Assembly (NCBI GenBank): GCA_963664325.2
Contig: CAXXDQ010000007.1
Span: 973,749-1,037,748, forward strand
Length of the DNA: 64,000 nt
Source: Desulfomonilia bacterium
Lineage (GTDB): Bacteria; Desulfobacterota; Desulfomonilia; UBA1062
Direction of reading: 5' to 3'
A model generated the notes under the pieces. It was given only the letters and a program-made list of their open reading frames with translations, made no database searches and was not told where the DNA came from. The number at the start of each line of letters is the position of its first letter. The stretch's first letter is position 1. The position numbers and the translations under genes were made by a program. Of this stretch, positions 49,691-60,307 are shown piece by piece.

Positions 49691-51406
49691 TTACCAGAAG
49701 ATTATATTAAGGGCCAGGGCGCAGCCGAGCACTATCACAGCGAGAAGCGCAGGACGCCGGTACCATGGTATGCCTTCCTCGGTCACGCGGCCGGTCAGGG
49801 AATACACAAGCCCCTTCAGTTCTTCGTCGGATTTTTTGCGGGCTGTAAACATTGAAATTGCAGCCGTCACAACAAAGCAGGTCGTCCAGGCATAAATGGC
49901 GGTCCAGAAATTCTGCGCCATTTCGCTCGGGTAATTGTGTGCTATCGTTCCCAGCCATCCGCCGTGAATCCCTATTCTGGCAGCATCTGCCGGGAGGGTA
50001 AGCCCGTGATGTATGGCCGCCGCGAGCGTACCTGTAAGCAGCCCGAAGAAGGCCCCGTGGCCGGTTGTCCTTTTCCAGAACATCCCCAGCATGAAAGTTG
50101 CGAACAGGGGCGCATTCACGAATGCAAACACCAGCTGCAGCATGTCCATGATATTGTTGAAGCGCGTGGCCAGATAGGCAGTGCCTATGCTGAGCGCAAT
50201 TCCGACGACGGTGGTGGCCCTTCCGACCCTCAGATAGTGGGTGTCCGGCTTGCCCGGCCGTATGTAGCTCTGATAAATGTCATAAGTGAATACCGTGTTG
50301 AATGCCGTGACATTGCCGGCCATGCCGGACATGAACGATGCGATCAGCGCCGTCATGCCAAGGCCGAGCAGGCCCGTAGGAAAATAATGCCCCAGCATGA
50401 CGGGTATCGTCATGTTGTAGTTGAGTGTACCGTCGGCAGCCTTGGGCAGGAAACCCCCGGGTAAGGAATACTGAAGCGCGATCGCGATCATGCCCGGCAG
50501 GATGACAAGAGCGGGATAAAGCATTTTGGGAAATGCGGCTATGATCGGCGTCTTGCGGGCCGATGTCATCGAGTTGGCCGCCATCGCCCTTTGAATCACC
50601 AGGAAGTCCGTACACCAGTAACCGAAGGACAGCACGAACCCCAGCCCCATAACCATTCCGAACCATTCGACGCCCATCGGGTTTGCGGATGCCGATTGCA
50701 GATGGCTCCAGGAATTCGACCATGTGCCGGCAGCGAACCCGTGTGAAGTTGCAACGACATCCAGCTTGGCAACTAGCCCGCTCCAGCCGCCCACATCTTT
50801 TAATCCCAGAAATACCAGCGGCAGGAAACCGAGCACGATGAGAAAGAACTGGAGTACCTCATTGTAAATTGCGGAAGTGAGCCCGCCCAGGAAAATGTAG
50901 GCAAGGACTATCATGGCGGAAACGAATATGCTCATGTTGAAGTTCCAGCCGAGCAGGAGTTCGAAAAGGGCCGCAAGGGCATACATGGATATTCCTGAAG
51001 AGAAGAGCGTCATTATGGCGAAACTGAATGCATTGAAGGCCCTGGTCTTTTCGTCATACCTCAGCTTCAGGTACTCCGGCACGGATCTGGCTTTGGAACC
51101 GTAATAAAAAGGCATCATGAATATGCCGACAAAAACCATTGCGGGGATTGCGCCCACCCAGTAGAAATGGCTCGTCATGATCCCGTATTTTGCACCCGAG
51201 GCCGCCATACCCAGCAGCTCCTGGGCCCCGAGGTTTGCGGAAAGGAATGCAATGCCTGTTATCCATGCAGGGATGGACCTGCCGGAAAGGAAGAAATCCT
51301 CGCTGGATTTCATGTTCCTCTTGAGCATCCAGCCGATTCCGAGGACAAACAGGAAATAAACGATCAAAAGGATATAATCAACCGCCCCCATGGCAATAGT
51401 CTGCAT
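49691..51406 (-). CDS. Sodium:solute symporter (SSS/SLC5 family), paralogue 1
   Basis: Same motifs as 47719-49473. Confidence 0.93.
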   Translation of the reverse strand: MQTIAMGAVDYILLIVYFLFVLGIGWMLKRNMKSSEDFFLSGRSIPAWITGIAFLSANLGAQELLGMAASGAKYGIMTSHFYWVGAIPAMVFVGIFMMPFYYGSKARSVPEYLKLRYDEKTRAFNAFSFAIMTLFSSGISMYALAALFELLLGWNFNMSIFVSAMIVLAYIFLGGLTSAIYNEVLQFFLIVLGFLPLVFLGLKDVGGWSGLVAKLDVVATSHGFAAGTWSNSWSHLQSASANPMGVEWFGMVMGLGFVLSFGYWCTDFLVIQRAMAANSMTSARKTPIIAAFPKMLYPALVILPGMIAIALQYSLPGGFLPKAADGTLNYNMTIPVMLGHYFPTGLLGLGMTALIASFMSGMAGNVTAFNTVFTYDIYQSYIRPGKPDTHYLRVGRATTVVGIALSIGTAYLATRFNNIMDMLQLVFAFVNAPLFATFMLGMFWKRTTGHGAFFGLLTGTLAAAIHHGLTLPADAARIGIHGGWLGTIAHNYPSEMAQNFWTAIYAWTTCFVVTAAISMFTARKKSDEELKGLVYSLTGRVTEEGIPWYRRPALLAVIVLGCALALNIIFW

Positions 51407-51546
51407 AGGCCCCTCCGGAATTATTTAAATATTATGAATACCCATTTCGGAATAATATTCTAATAATATAAAAATTTTTTCTGGCTCTTGCATCACCGGC
51501 AATCTATATTATTAAGATTTATATGATATATTTTCAGGAGGTATAT

Positions 51547-53250
51547 ATGCAGACAAGGCTTTTGCAGAAAGTTTGGGCAATATTTCTGATCGCCCTTATA
51601 GCTGGCTGTTCTTCGACAGGCAGCGACAGCGGCGATTCAACCGGTGAAACCGCTGCCCTTTCATCGGCTGCTGCCGATTACCAGTCAATCCTTGATGCAC
51701 AGGGTTATAAGGTCATTGATTCGGTTACAATAGGTACCGACACCGGCTATCTGGCGGAGAATGCCGACGGCAAAAGGTGCATCGTCCTCAAGGGGAGCTC
51801 ATTCAATATGGGATACCAGTTCGGCAGGCTTCTTCCTGAAGCCACCTATAAAATGACCACGGAATACCCTTTTAACATGGTTGCCGATTTTGTCGGTTTC
51901 AGCAAAGAGTCTGCACCCGGGCTGTTTTACCTGATATTCAAGGCCGCCAACGCACTGTGCAAAGGCGCCGTGGAGGTCGAAAAAGCGGTCCCTCCCTATC
52001 TTGTTGAAGAAATGAAGGGCATGGCGGCAGGAGCAACAGACGGCGGGTATGACGTCAGATACGAGGATGTCCTTCTTGTCAATGAAGGAATAGACGCACT
52101 CTACTCGATCATACTTTCCGGGATAATCCCGGCGCTCAATGAGGCCAACAGCATTCTGAAAGACAACGAATCGACCGGCCTGGTAAAGCTTATCGGCGGC
52201 AGAGTGCTTTTCCCCACGGCGAACCTGAACGCCCTGGGATGCAACGGGTTTGTCGTTTCAGGCAAGGCGACATTGGGCGGCAATGTATACCATGGCCGCG
52301 ATTTCATGTTTCCGACCGGCGGATATTACCACAAGACGGCCCTCATGGCCGTCTATCTGCCTGATGACGGGCTGCCTTTCGTAACGCTCGCAGCCCCCGG
52401 GTTTGTCGGGCTTACCACCGGCCTCAATGCCGGAGGAGTGTCGATGGGAGTCGACGTTGTTTTCGGCGGCGCCACGAGGGCGACCCCGGGAACCGGATGC
52501 CTGCTGGTAGTAAGGGATATCATACAGAACAGCGCGAGCCTGGATGATGCGGTCGCCCGCATGAAATCGCTCAACAGAGGGGTTTCGTGGCTTTATGTCC
52601 TGGCGGACAGGGACCGGAGCGCGAAATATACGAACGGGATCGTCTGTGAAACGGGTATGAAAGAGGATAATGACGGCAACGAATTCACCTATGCCCCGGA
52701 TCTGTTTAAAGACCTGGAAAGGCTGCTCTATTCAGGACTTATAAGCAAGCTCGACAAGCTGCCCGATGCCAGGGCCGAAGACGGCGTTATGGTGCGTGAC
52801 CAGAACTGGATCTACCCCCAGGCCTTTTTAAACGTGCCGGGTTTTGACGCTCAGGGTGAAGCCAGGGAAGACCTTGTCATAGCCACAAACCATTACATAA
52901 TCCCGAACATGGTGTTTACGACATTCACGCCCTGGATGAGGCTGATGGCGGGCGCCGAGAAGGAAACTTCGGAAAGCGTAGCCCGATATGACGAGTTCAT
53001 AAAAGGCCTTACTTCTGATGACGTATACGGCAAGATCAACTACGATTTCGCAAAGAATATGATCGATTTTTTGAACCCCAACAGGCACCTTGATGCTGAC
53101 GACCCGTGGAACGGCTATTATACGGTAAACGGCAGGATAGGAGGCCATCATGACATATTCGATAATACAGCGCTTACCATGGAATGCCTTTACGGCTTTT
53201 ACCATCCGGATGAACCATGGGCGAAGGTGGACCTGAAGCCTTTTCTTTAA
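51547..53250 (+). CDS. Peptidase C45/Ntn-hydrolase lipoprotein
   Basis: IAG-C lipobox; EEMKGMA; G-CNGF autoprocessing Cys; HGRDFMF; ATNHY. Confidence 0.8.
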   Translation: MQTRLLQKVWAIFLIALIAGCSSTGSDSGDSTGETAALSSAAADYQSILDAQGYKVIDSVTIGTDTGYLAENADGKRCIVLKGSSFNMGYQFGRLLPEATYKMTTEYPFNMVADFVGFSKESAPGLFYLIFKAANALCKGAVEVEKAVPPYLVEEMKGMAAGATDGGYDVRYEDVLLVNEGIDALYSIILSGIIPALNEANSILKDNESTGLVKLIGGRVLFPTANLNALGCNGFVVSGKATLGGNVYHGRDFMFPTGGYYHKTALMAVYLPDDGLPFVTLAAPGFVGLTTGLNAGGVSMGVDVVFGGATRATPGTGCLLVVRDIIQNSASLDDAVARMKSLNRGVSWLYVLADRDRSAKYTNGIVCETGMKEDNDGNEFTYAPDLFKDLERLLYSGLISKLDKLPDARAEDGVMVRDQNWIYPQAFLNVPGFDAQGEAREDLVIATNHYIIPNMVFTTFTPWMRLMAGAEKETSESVARYDEFIKGLTSDDVYGKINYDFAKNMIDFLNPNRHLDADDPWNGYYTVNGRIGGHHDIFDNTALTMECLYGFYHPDEPWAKVDLKPFL

Positions 53251-53382
53251 ACGGACAGTTGAGGTTCAAGGCAAGTATCATTTAAAATTTCTGCCGCTTG
53301 TCAATAAAGGGAGGTTTCAATAAAGCTTGCGTGTTTTCCAATTATATCCGGGCCATTTTATTAATCGGAACGGCTCGAATGC

Positions 53383-53994
53383 TCAAGCCCCGAGCGCCGC
53401 ATCCGAAAGCCTGAGCGCATAATCCCTTACATCGGCCGGCCATGCCGCAACCAGAACATTGAAGCGGCCCCGATCCCCTGCAAACAAAGCCCTTGTCGCC
53501 TCTTCGTATCCGGGCAGGTCACCCGCCATTGCGGTCATGAACCTGTAAGCCACCTCCTGGGAATGCCGCACCTTATCCCGATTGCTGTTAACCCGCCTTG
53601 CCTCTTCGACAAGCTTGCGCAGTGCTACGGAGGCCCCTCCCGGCTGGCTGTTAAGCCAGTCCCAGTGCCTGGGAAGCAAAGTCACTTCACGGGAGACAAC
53701 ACCTATCCTGGGGCGACCCGGCCCGCGTGAGATGCCCTGATCCTGATTACAGGAAGGCTTATCCGAACCATCGCTACCCGGAGATTTTTCCAGCCTCTTC
53801 AAGACCTCTTTTACCGTGCCTCGGAAGTCCACCTCTACAAGTTCACCGGTTAAGTCGTCAAATATCAGGATTGCCTTGTATTCATCATGGCCAATTGCTT
53901 CCTTAGCCTTTTTAACGACCTCAGCAAGGCCCCCTGAGGCAATAAGGCGGCTGTCTTCAAACGCCGTGAACCGCTGCAAATCTTTTTTGTCCAT
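53383..53994 (-). CDS. DUF2239 family protein
   Basis: IFDD.TG...DFRG, GPGRPRIGVVSREVTLLPRHWDWL..QPGGAS. Confidence 0.88.
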   Translation of the reverse strand: MDKKDLQRFTAFEDSRLIASGGLAEVVKKAKEAIGHDEYKAILIFDDLTGELVEVDFRGTVKEVLKRLEKSPGSDGSDKPSCNQDQGISRGPGRPRIGVVSREVTLLPRHWDWLNSQPGGASVALRKLVEEARRVNSNRDKVRHSQEVAYRFMTAMAGDLPGYEEATRALFAGDRGRFNVLVAAWPADVRDYALRLSDAALGA

Positions 53995-54030
53995 TTCTTC
54001 AATCCCCCCTTGAATTCAATTTGCGCATAT

Positions 54031-54071
54031 ATACCCGGGTAAAATCAGCTTGTCAATATTACCCGGGTGAT
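54031..54071. promoter_or_regulatory. Paired palindromes around a minus-strand -35 box upstream of DUF2239
   Basis: TACCCGGGTA at 54032 and TACCCGGGTG at 54060, with TGTCAA (TTGACA on the minus strand) between them. Confidence 0.6.
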
Positions 54072-54135
54072 ATTATCGCTATCTGTTGCGGGAGGGAGGT
54101 TCAATAATCACATGGACGGATTCAGGTAAACCCTA

Positions 54136-56313
54136 TCAACGGGCCGGACTGTTCAGCCTTTCTTTCAGCAGGCTCAGCCGGCTGCCGGTATTTGCATTCT
54201 TTACGGCGAGGGCGACGGCCCTGGCACTGCCGACAACCGCAACAAATTTCCTGCCCCTTGTTATGGCGGTATACAGAAGATTGCGCTGCAGCATCACATA
54301 ATGCTGAGTATGCATGGCAATAATCACTGCGGGATACTCGCTCCCCTGGGCCTTGTGAATCGAACAGGCGTAGGCCAGCGTTATATCGTCAAGGTCGGCA
54401 GTCATCAGGGGCACGATCCGGCCGTCGAAATCCGCCTCGATTTCCCCTGTTTCGGTTTCGATTGCGGTTATAATCCCGATATCCCCGTTGAAAACTCCCA
54501 GGTCATAGTTGTTCCGGACCTGCATGATTTTATCTCCCCTGCAGAACCTGTATCCGCTCCTGAAAACACCTTCCTGCTTCGGGTTCAGTACGGACTGAAG
54601 GGCCAGGTTGAGGCTGAATACGCCCAGCACCCCCTTGTGCATCGGGGTCAGCACCTGTATGTCGTTCACAGGGTCGAATCCGAACCTTGAAGGGAGCTCC
54701 CGCGTGACAAGCTGCCTGATGTCATCAAGGGCCTCTGTCGCATCCTCTTTTTTTATGAACTCATAATCATTCCGGCCGTAGCTCGAGTTCGGATAGGGCA
54801 TCTCCCCGTTGTTCACCCTGTGCGCATTCACCACGATCAGGCTCTGTCTGGCCTGACGGAATATCTTTGTCAGGTGGATGGTTTTGATCCTCATCGAACC
54901 GATCAGGTCATTCAGGACATTTCCGGGTCCCACCGACGGGAGCTGGTCCGCATCGCCCACAAGTATGAGTTTAGCCGAGGCAGGCAAAGCCTTCATGATA
55001 TGATAGAAAAGCACGATGTCCACCATCGAGACCTCGTCCAGAATGAGCAGATCGGTTTTCAGCGGTTTTTCCTGGTTCCTTTCGAACTGCATGCTCGCGG
55101 GATTGAATTCAAGCAGACGGTGAATTGTCCTGGAAGTCCTTCTTGTCGCCTCGAACATCCTCTTGGCGGCCCTCCCGGTCGGCGCAGCCAGTTGAATCGC
55201 CAGGCCTTTTTTTTCAAGAATCTCAATTATAGACCTTATTATGGTGGTCTTGCCGGTACCCGGACCGCCCGTTATTATCATGGCCTTTTCATTAACCGCC
55301 GAGGCTATCGCGTCACGCTGTTCAGGTGCAAGCTCCATCTTATGGCCTGCCTCGAACCATGCAACAGCCCTGGCAATATCAATCGGTATCTTCTTTTGTG
55401 GAAAACCGATAAATGTTTCAAAAAGCCTTTTAACGCCTGTCTCGGAAATGTGCAGAGACTTGAGATAGACATAGCTATTATCATTCCTGCTCTCGACAAC
55501 GGCTGAACCCTCCCTGACAAGATTTTCCAGGGCCTCATTAAGAATTGCCCCGGATATCAGCAGTTCGTCTTTTGCCAGGTCGATAAGACCCTCAACGGGG
55601 TAGCATACATGGCCTTTTTCCGATAATTGCCCGAGCACATAGAGCATGCCGGCCATGGCCCTCTTGGGAGAATCGTGTCCGATGCCCAGCTTCCCGGCTA
55701 TCCTGTCGGCCGTTTTAAAACCGATTCCCCATACATCGGTAGCGATCCTGTATGGTTCTTCCCTGACCACTCTTATGGAATCGTTCCCGTAATTCCTGTA
55801 TATCCTCGAGGCATAGGCCGGAGAAATGTCCAGCGATTGCAGGAATATCATGACCTCTTTGATGTCCTTGTGCTTTTGCCAGCCCTGGGTGATGGAGTTA
55901 AGCCTGTGTTCGCCGATTCCGTTTACACGCATAAGGCTCTTGGGATGATTTTCAATGGCATCTATGACATTGACGCCAAAGGCCTTTACCATCCTTTTTG
56001 CCATTTCCCTGCCGATGCCATGGATCATGCCGGAACCCAGGAATTTCTCAATCCCTGTTATCGTGTTGGGAAGGATATTGAAACAAGTGTCGAAATGAAA
56101 TTCCGGGCCGTACTGCTTGTTCTGAACCCACCTGCCGCTCAGCTTAAGGCTTTCTCCGGGCTGAACTGCAGTCAGTATGCCGACGGCGGTTACCGCCTGC
56201 TTCCTCTTGGATGTAAGCCTTATTACACTCCAGCCGCTTTCTTCATTATGGTAGACAAATCTTTCAAGCGTCCCCTCGATATCGTAAACCGGGTTGTTGT
56301 TTCCTTCTGGCAT
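54136..56313 (-). CDS. recD2: ATP-dependent RecD2 helicase
   Basis: HhH N-terminus, TGGPGTGKTT, APTGRAA, DEVSM, SIHKAQGSE, LYTAITRG. Confidence 0.93.
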   Translation of the reverse strand: MPEGNNNPVYDIEGTLERFVYHNEESGWSVIRLTSKRKQAVTAVGILTAVQPGESLKLSGRWVQNKQYGPEFHFDTCFNILPNTITGIEKFLGSGMIHGIGREMAKRMVKAFGVNVIDAIENHPKSLMRVNGIGEHRLNSITQGWQKHKDIKEVMIFLQSLDISPAYASRIYRNYGNDSIRVVREEPYRIATDVWGIGFKTADRIAGKLGIGHDSPKRAMAGMLYVLGQLSEKGHVCYPVEGLIDLAKDELLISGAILNEALENLVREGSAVVESRNDNSYVYLKSLHISETGVKRLFETFIGFPQKKIPIDIARAVAWFEAGHKMELAPEQRDAIASAVNEKAMIITGGPGTGKTTIIRSIIEILEKKGLAIQLAAPTGRAAKRMFEATRRTSRTIHRLLEFNPASMQFERNQEKPLKTDLLILDEVSMVDIVLFYHIMKALPASAKLILVGDADQLPSVGPGNVLNDLIGSMRIKTIHLTKIFRQARQSLIVVNAHRVNNGEMPYPNSSYGRNDYEFIKKEDATEALDDIRQLVTRELPSRFGFDPVNDIQVLTPMHKGVLGVFSLNLALQSVLNPKQEGVFRSGYRFCRGDKIMQVRNNYDLGVFNGDIGIITAIETETGEIEADFDGRIVPLMTADLDDITLAYACSIHKAQGSEYPAVIIAMHTQHYVMLQRNLLYTAITRGRKFVAVVGSARAVALAVKNANTGSRLSLLKERLNSPAR

Positions 56314-56316
56314 GAT

Positions 56317-56670
56317 TTAGAAAAGGGCCTCGGACGACCCTTTATCGGTCATGAAAATCACCTGTGTGACATTTTCGGACAGTTTCAGGGCATCCGCCAC
56401 ATCAGGCCGTTCATCCTTCTCAACAGCCGATACCTCAGAAACCCTGCTTCCCTGTTCGTCATATTCAATATCGCAATCATTCAGAACATACCCCGGGACA
56501 TAGGCGTATATACATCCCCCGACCCCGCAGCATGAAGTGTCGACCGAGCCCAGCCCCACAAAATATAAAACCCTCCTGTTCTTAATAAAAAGCGTCCCTT
56601 CCCTGACAAAGGTATAATGTCCGCCTATTGCAGTAACATTTTCGAAAAGTACGGGGTGGACATATTTCAT
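56317..56670 (-). CDS. Conserved hypothetical protein
   Basis: YVHP, IGGHY, DTSCCGVGGC..A.VPG; ends 3 bp before the recD2 start. Confidence 0.7.
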   Translation of the reverse strand: MKYVHPVLFENVTAIGGHYTFVREGTLFIKNRRVLYFVGLGSVDTSCCGVGGCIYAYVPGYVLNDCDIEYDEQGSRVSEVSAVEKDERPDVADALKLSENVTQVIFMTDKGSSEALF

Positions 56671-56839
56671 TGCCAGCCATGTTAATGATTTTTATTCATT
56701 CATGCAAGCAACTGATTGGCTTTAAGGGAAACCCCTTATCTGTCTTATTTTACAGATATTAAAGATTCCAAAGATAAAAATATTTCTAAAGTTTAATCTT
56801 TTCTTCACCGATTAGCCCTAATACAGACATGTTATTTAA

Positions 56840-57877
56840 ATGAAAGGTGCAGAAAAGATGGGTTTTTTTGATTCTCTTTTCGGAAAAAAGAGGCCTTCAA
56901 GGGAAATAGAAGAGTGCCAGACAGCACTTGAGAGCCGCCCCAATGACCCTAATCTTCTTAAGAAGCTCGGAGATTTATATCTGAAATCGAATGATACGGC
57001 CAACGCCTCGGACATATATTTGAAGCTGGGCGACCTGTACAAGTCGAAAGGTTTTTACCCGAAATCCATTGCCCTCTACAAACAGGCTGAAAAAATAAAT
57101 CCCGAATGGGAAAAACCTCTGGAAAAGCTTGCAGAACTATACAAGGTGCAGGGATTCCCCAGGGAGGCTTCCGCCCAGTACGTAAAGCTTTCCGAATACT
57201 TTGAAAAAAAAGGGCAGAGTGAAAGGGCGATGGCCTACCTTCAGAGCGCTGCCGAAATTTCTCCAGCACATGCTGATTTGCATAAAAAAGTCGAGACATT
57301 CGATGTCAAGGAAAAGGCCATGAATGAACCCATGCCTGCTTCCAATGCCCCTGATATGAAGCCCAAGGCCGATTTCTTCGATCTCAACAAGGAGCTGGAC
57401 AAGGAAATCGAGGAGCTTAATATCGATGAAACGACCCAGGTTCAGGAAGATGTAGATGTCAGTTCTGTCATGAAAGCAATCAAGGATAATGCATCGGATG
57501 AAGGCAAGGGAGACGCCTTTTTCCTTTATAATATGGGCCTGGCGTACAGAGAAACTGGACTAACCGACGAGGCGATCGAGGCCTTTCAGAAGGTTATAGA
57601 AAAGGGCGAAAAGCTTTTTGATTCATACGTCATGCTCGGCATATGCCTGAGGGATGCCGGCCGCTTTGAGGAATCGCTCAAGTCGCTTCATGACGGCGGC
57701 ACGATTGAAGACCTGACGATGTCGATGAAGGTGGGCATTCTGTACGAAGTGGCCCAGACATACAAGGTCATGGGAGATACAAAGAAGGCACTGGCAATAT
57801 TCAAGGAAATTCATAAAGAACGGCAGGACTTCAAGAACGTGGAGATTGAGATTCAGAAACTGTCGGGTGGAGGTTGA
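56840..57877 (+). CDS. TPR protein
   Basis: N- and C-terminal TPR motifs joined by an acidic linker (FFDLNKEL); start may be 56858. Confidence 0.85.
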   Translation: MKGAEKMGFFDSLFGKKRPSREIEECQTALESRPNDPNLLKKLGDLYLKSNDTANASDIYLKLGDLYKSKGFYPKSIALYKQAEKINPEWEKPLEKLAELYKVQGFPREASAQYVKLSEYFEKKGQSERAMAYLQSAAEISPAHADLHKKVETFDVKEKAMNEPMPASNAPDMKPKADFFDLNKELDKEIEELNIDETTQVQEDVDVSSVMKAIKDNASDEGKGDAFFLYNMGLAYRETGLTDEAIEAFQKVIEKGEKLFDSYVMLGICLRDAGRFEESLKSLHDGGTIEDLTMSMKVGILYEVAQTYKVMGDTKKALAIFKEIHKERQDFKNVEIEIQKLSGGG

Positions 57878-57880
57878 TTT

Positions 57881-58816
57881 ATGGCTGTAATTAATTACCT
57901 CAAGAAGGAGATTTCGGCAAAAATTGTTTATTACGGGCCATCGCTCTGTGGAAAGACAACCAACATCCAGTCCATATATACAGGGATCACACCGGAGCAG
58001 AAAGGCAAGCTCGTTTCTCTTGCCACAGAGGCGGACAGGACGCTGTTTTTTGATTTTCTGCCAATAGAGATCGCCAATGTAAGGGGCTTCAAGACCCGGC
58101 TTCATTTCTATACGGTCCCCGGGCAGGTATACTACAATTCCACGAGGAGAGCGGTCCTGACGGGTGTTGACGGGCTTGTGTTCGTTGCGGACTCTCAAAG
58201 GGACAAGATGGAGGAAAACATAGAAAGCCTGAACAACCTTGAAGAGAACCTCAACTACTACGGCAAGACGATAAAGACGCTTCCGCTGGTTATACAATAC
58301 AACAAGCGTGATCTTCAGGACGTCATATCCATAGCGGAAATGAACCAGATGCTTAACCCCGATGGATACCCCTCTACAGAGGCGGTGGCAACATCGGGAA
58401 CTGGCGTACTGGAAACGCTTACGCTGATTACGAAAATGGTTCTCCAGAATATTGAAAAAGGGGCAAGCCATCAACAACAGAGGCTTCAGCCCGGTTTCCA
58501 GGCCGCCCGGCCGGAATTCGCCGAACCCGTCAGAGAACCCGCCGCAGCCGCTGAACCATCTGACAGGACCGAACCGGGAACCGCTGCAGCCGGAAAAACG
58601 ATTCCCGAGGATTTAGCCGATCATGCACCTGAACCTCAGGCCCAGCCTTCACAGGCATTCACAGGCGGGAGGGTGCGGATCGTAAGCACCGGGACACCAA
58701 GCATAATTTCGGCAAATGCATTCAGTCTGCCTGTTAAGCTAAAAATTGAAAATGACGATAAGATATACATCATGGATATGGCTATCAAACTGGATAAAAT
58801 TATACCAGAAGGTTGA
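57881..58816 (+). CDS. mglA: MglA-family small GTPase with C-terminal extension
   Basis: KIVYYGPSLCGKTTN, DRTLFFDF, TVPGQ, FVADSQ, QYNKRD. Confidence 0.85.
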   Translation: MAVINYLKKEISAKIVYYGPSLCGKTTNIQSIYTGITPEQKGKLVSLATEADRTLFFDFLPIEIANVRGFKTRLHFYTVPGQVYYNSTRRAVLTGVDGLVFVADSQRDKMEENIESLNNLEENLNYYGKTIKTLPLVIQYNKRDLQDVISIAEMNQMLNPDGYPSTEAVATSGTGVLETLTLITKMVLQNIEKGASHQQQRLQPGFQAARPEFAEPVREPAAAAEPSDRTEPGTAAAGKTIPEDLADHAPEPQAQPSQAFTGGRVRIVSTGTPSIISANAFSLPVKLKIENDDKIYIMDMAIKLDKIIPEG

Positions 58817-60306
58817 AGATGCAACAGGGCCCTATCATATCGACATTTAAGGCCCTGTCCTTCAGCGATCCATCATGGATTCTCTGGCCTGACGCGGCGG
58901 CACTGTTCGGCAATCTGTATTTTTTCTTTTTGGTAACCGTTATACTTGCATTCTTTCTCATCGGATTATGCATAACCATCAAATATGCCGCATATCTTCT
59001 AAACGATTTTAAAACAATTTCAGACAGCAATCTTCCGGACATAGCCATAAAGCTGTGGTTCGCCATGATACTTTCCCTGCCTTTATTCCTTTATGCAGGT
59101 CCCCTGTGGTTCACGATATGGTGGGCGATCATATTCAGCGGCTACATAAATAGGGCTGAAAAAACTCTGATTATTATTTTATTTGTCCTGTTCATCCTGT
59201 CGGGCTGGATTTCAGACATCGGAGGAAAGCTGATAACATATACATCCACCCAGGCCGATAAAGAGATATTCCTTGTTGAAGAAGGCCTGGAAACACCCAG
59301 TGACATAGCAAATCTTTCGAGTTGGGTTAACAGATACCCGGATGATCCTTCTCCGGCCAATGCCCTGGCTATCTCAAAAATCAGGATTGGAGAATATGAG
59401 GAGGCTATAACCCTGCTGATCCGCTGTATAGCGAGCGCTCCGGATTACCCGATATATTACAACACGATGGGCATAGTGCTGGCCGCACAGCAGAAACAAA
59501 AAGAGGCTGTGACCGCATTTGAAAACGCATCGAAACTGGATCCCGGTGAAATAGTCTATTACTTCAATCTGAGCAGGGCCTATCTTGATGTCTTTAATCT
59601 CTTTGAGGCCGACAAGCAGGTTGAAATAATGACAGGCATAGACCCCAGAGAAGCGAGCAGGCTCCTTTCGCGCAACACGTACCCTATGTACGTCTATAAA
59701 AAAACGCCGCTTGTTGATATGTTCACCAGACAGATGCGTTCTTCTGCAGAAGCCGCCACGGCATCGGAGGAACTGTGGCGTTCGGCAATAGGCATACTCA
59801 GGCCGGCATGGGCGCCTCTGGCCGGTATAATAATGCTGATCATTTTTATTTTGCTCGGTTATGTGCCGAGGGACAAATTCACTAAAAAATGCTCACGGTG
59901 CGGCAACGGTTTTTATGTCGGAGCCGAAACAGTCGGTGGTTACCCCATATGCCTTCAGTGCAACATGATTGAGACCAGGAGCAAGAAGCAGAACAGGATT
60001 GTAGTCCACCACAAGCTCCAGGAGATTAAAGATTTCAGAACCCTGAACAGACGGAAAACCTCAAGGTTTGAAATGATATTGCCAGGCCTTGGATCTCTGA
60101 TTGCCAACAGAACCGCGAGAGCGGTCGTCATGCTACTCATTTTCAGTTTCGGGGTAGTCCTTGCTATATCAGGCGGAAGTTTCATATATTCATTCATGCC
60201 TTCGGGCTCACATTATACCCTTCACTTCCGTATAGCCGGTATCCTGGCGTTACTCATATTGTATCTGATCGCCTTAAGATACCCTCCTGTAAAGAAAGGA
60301 ACATGA
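58813..60306 (+). CDS. Membrane protein with TPRs and a CxxC...CxxC zinc finger
   Basis: Several TM segments, TPRs, CSRCG...CLQC, LPGLG. Confidence 0.8.
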   Translation: MKMQQGPIISTFKALSFSDPSWILWPDAAALFGNLYFFFLVTVILAFFLIGLCITIKYAAYLLNDFKTISDSNLPDIAIKLWFAMILSLPLFLYAGPLWFTIWWAIIFSGYINRAEKTLIIILFVLFILSGWISDIGGKLITYTSTQADKEIFLVEEGLETPSDIANLSSWVNRYPDDPSPANALAISKIRIGEYEEAITLLIRCIASAPDYPIYYNTMGIVLAAQQKQKEAVTAFENASKLDPGEIVYYFNLSRAYLDVFNLFEADKQVEIMTGIDPREASRLLSRNTYPMYVYKKTPLVDMFTRQMRSSAEAATASEELWRSAIGILRPAWAPLAGIIMLIIFILLGYVPRDKFTKKCSRCGNGFYVGAETVGGYPICLQCNMIETRSKKQNRIVVHHKLQEIKDFRTLNRRKTSRFEMILPGLGSLIANRTARAVVMLLIFSFGVVLAISGGSFIYSFMPSGSHYTLHFRIAGILALLILYLIALRYPPVKKGT

Positions 60307-60307
60307 T

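Noticed and set aside
22160-53250. Integrative genomic island at tRNA-Leu
   Set aside because: Gene content looks accessory, but I saw no integrase and no duplicated tRNA 3' end.
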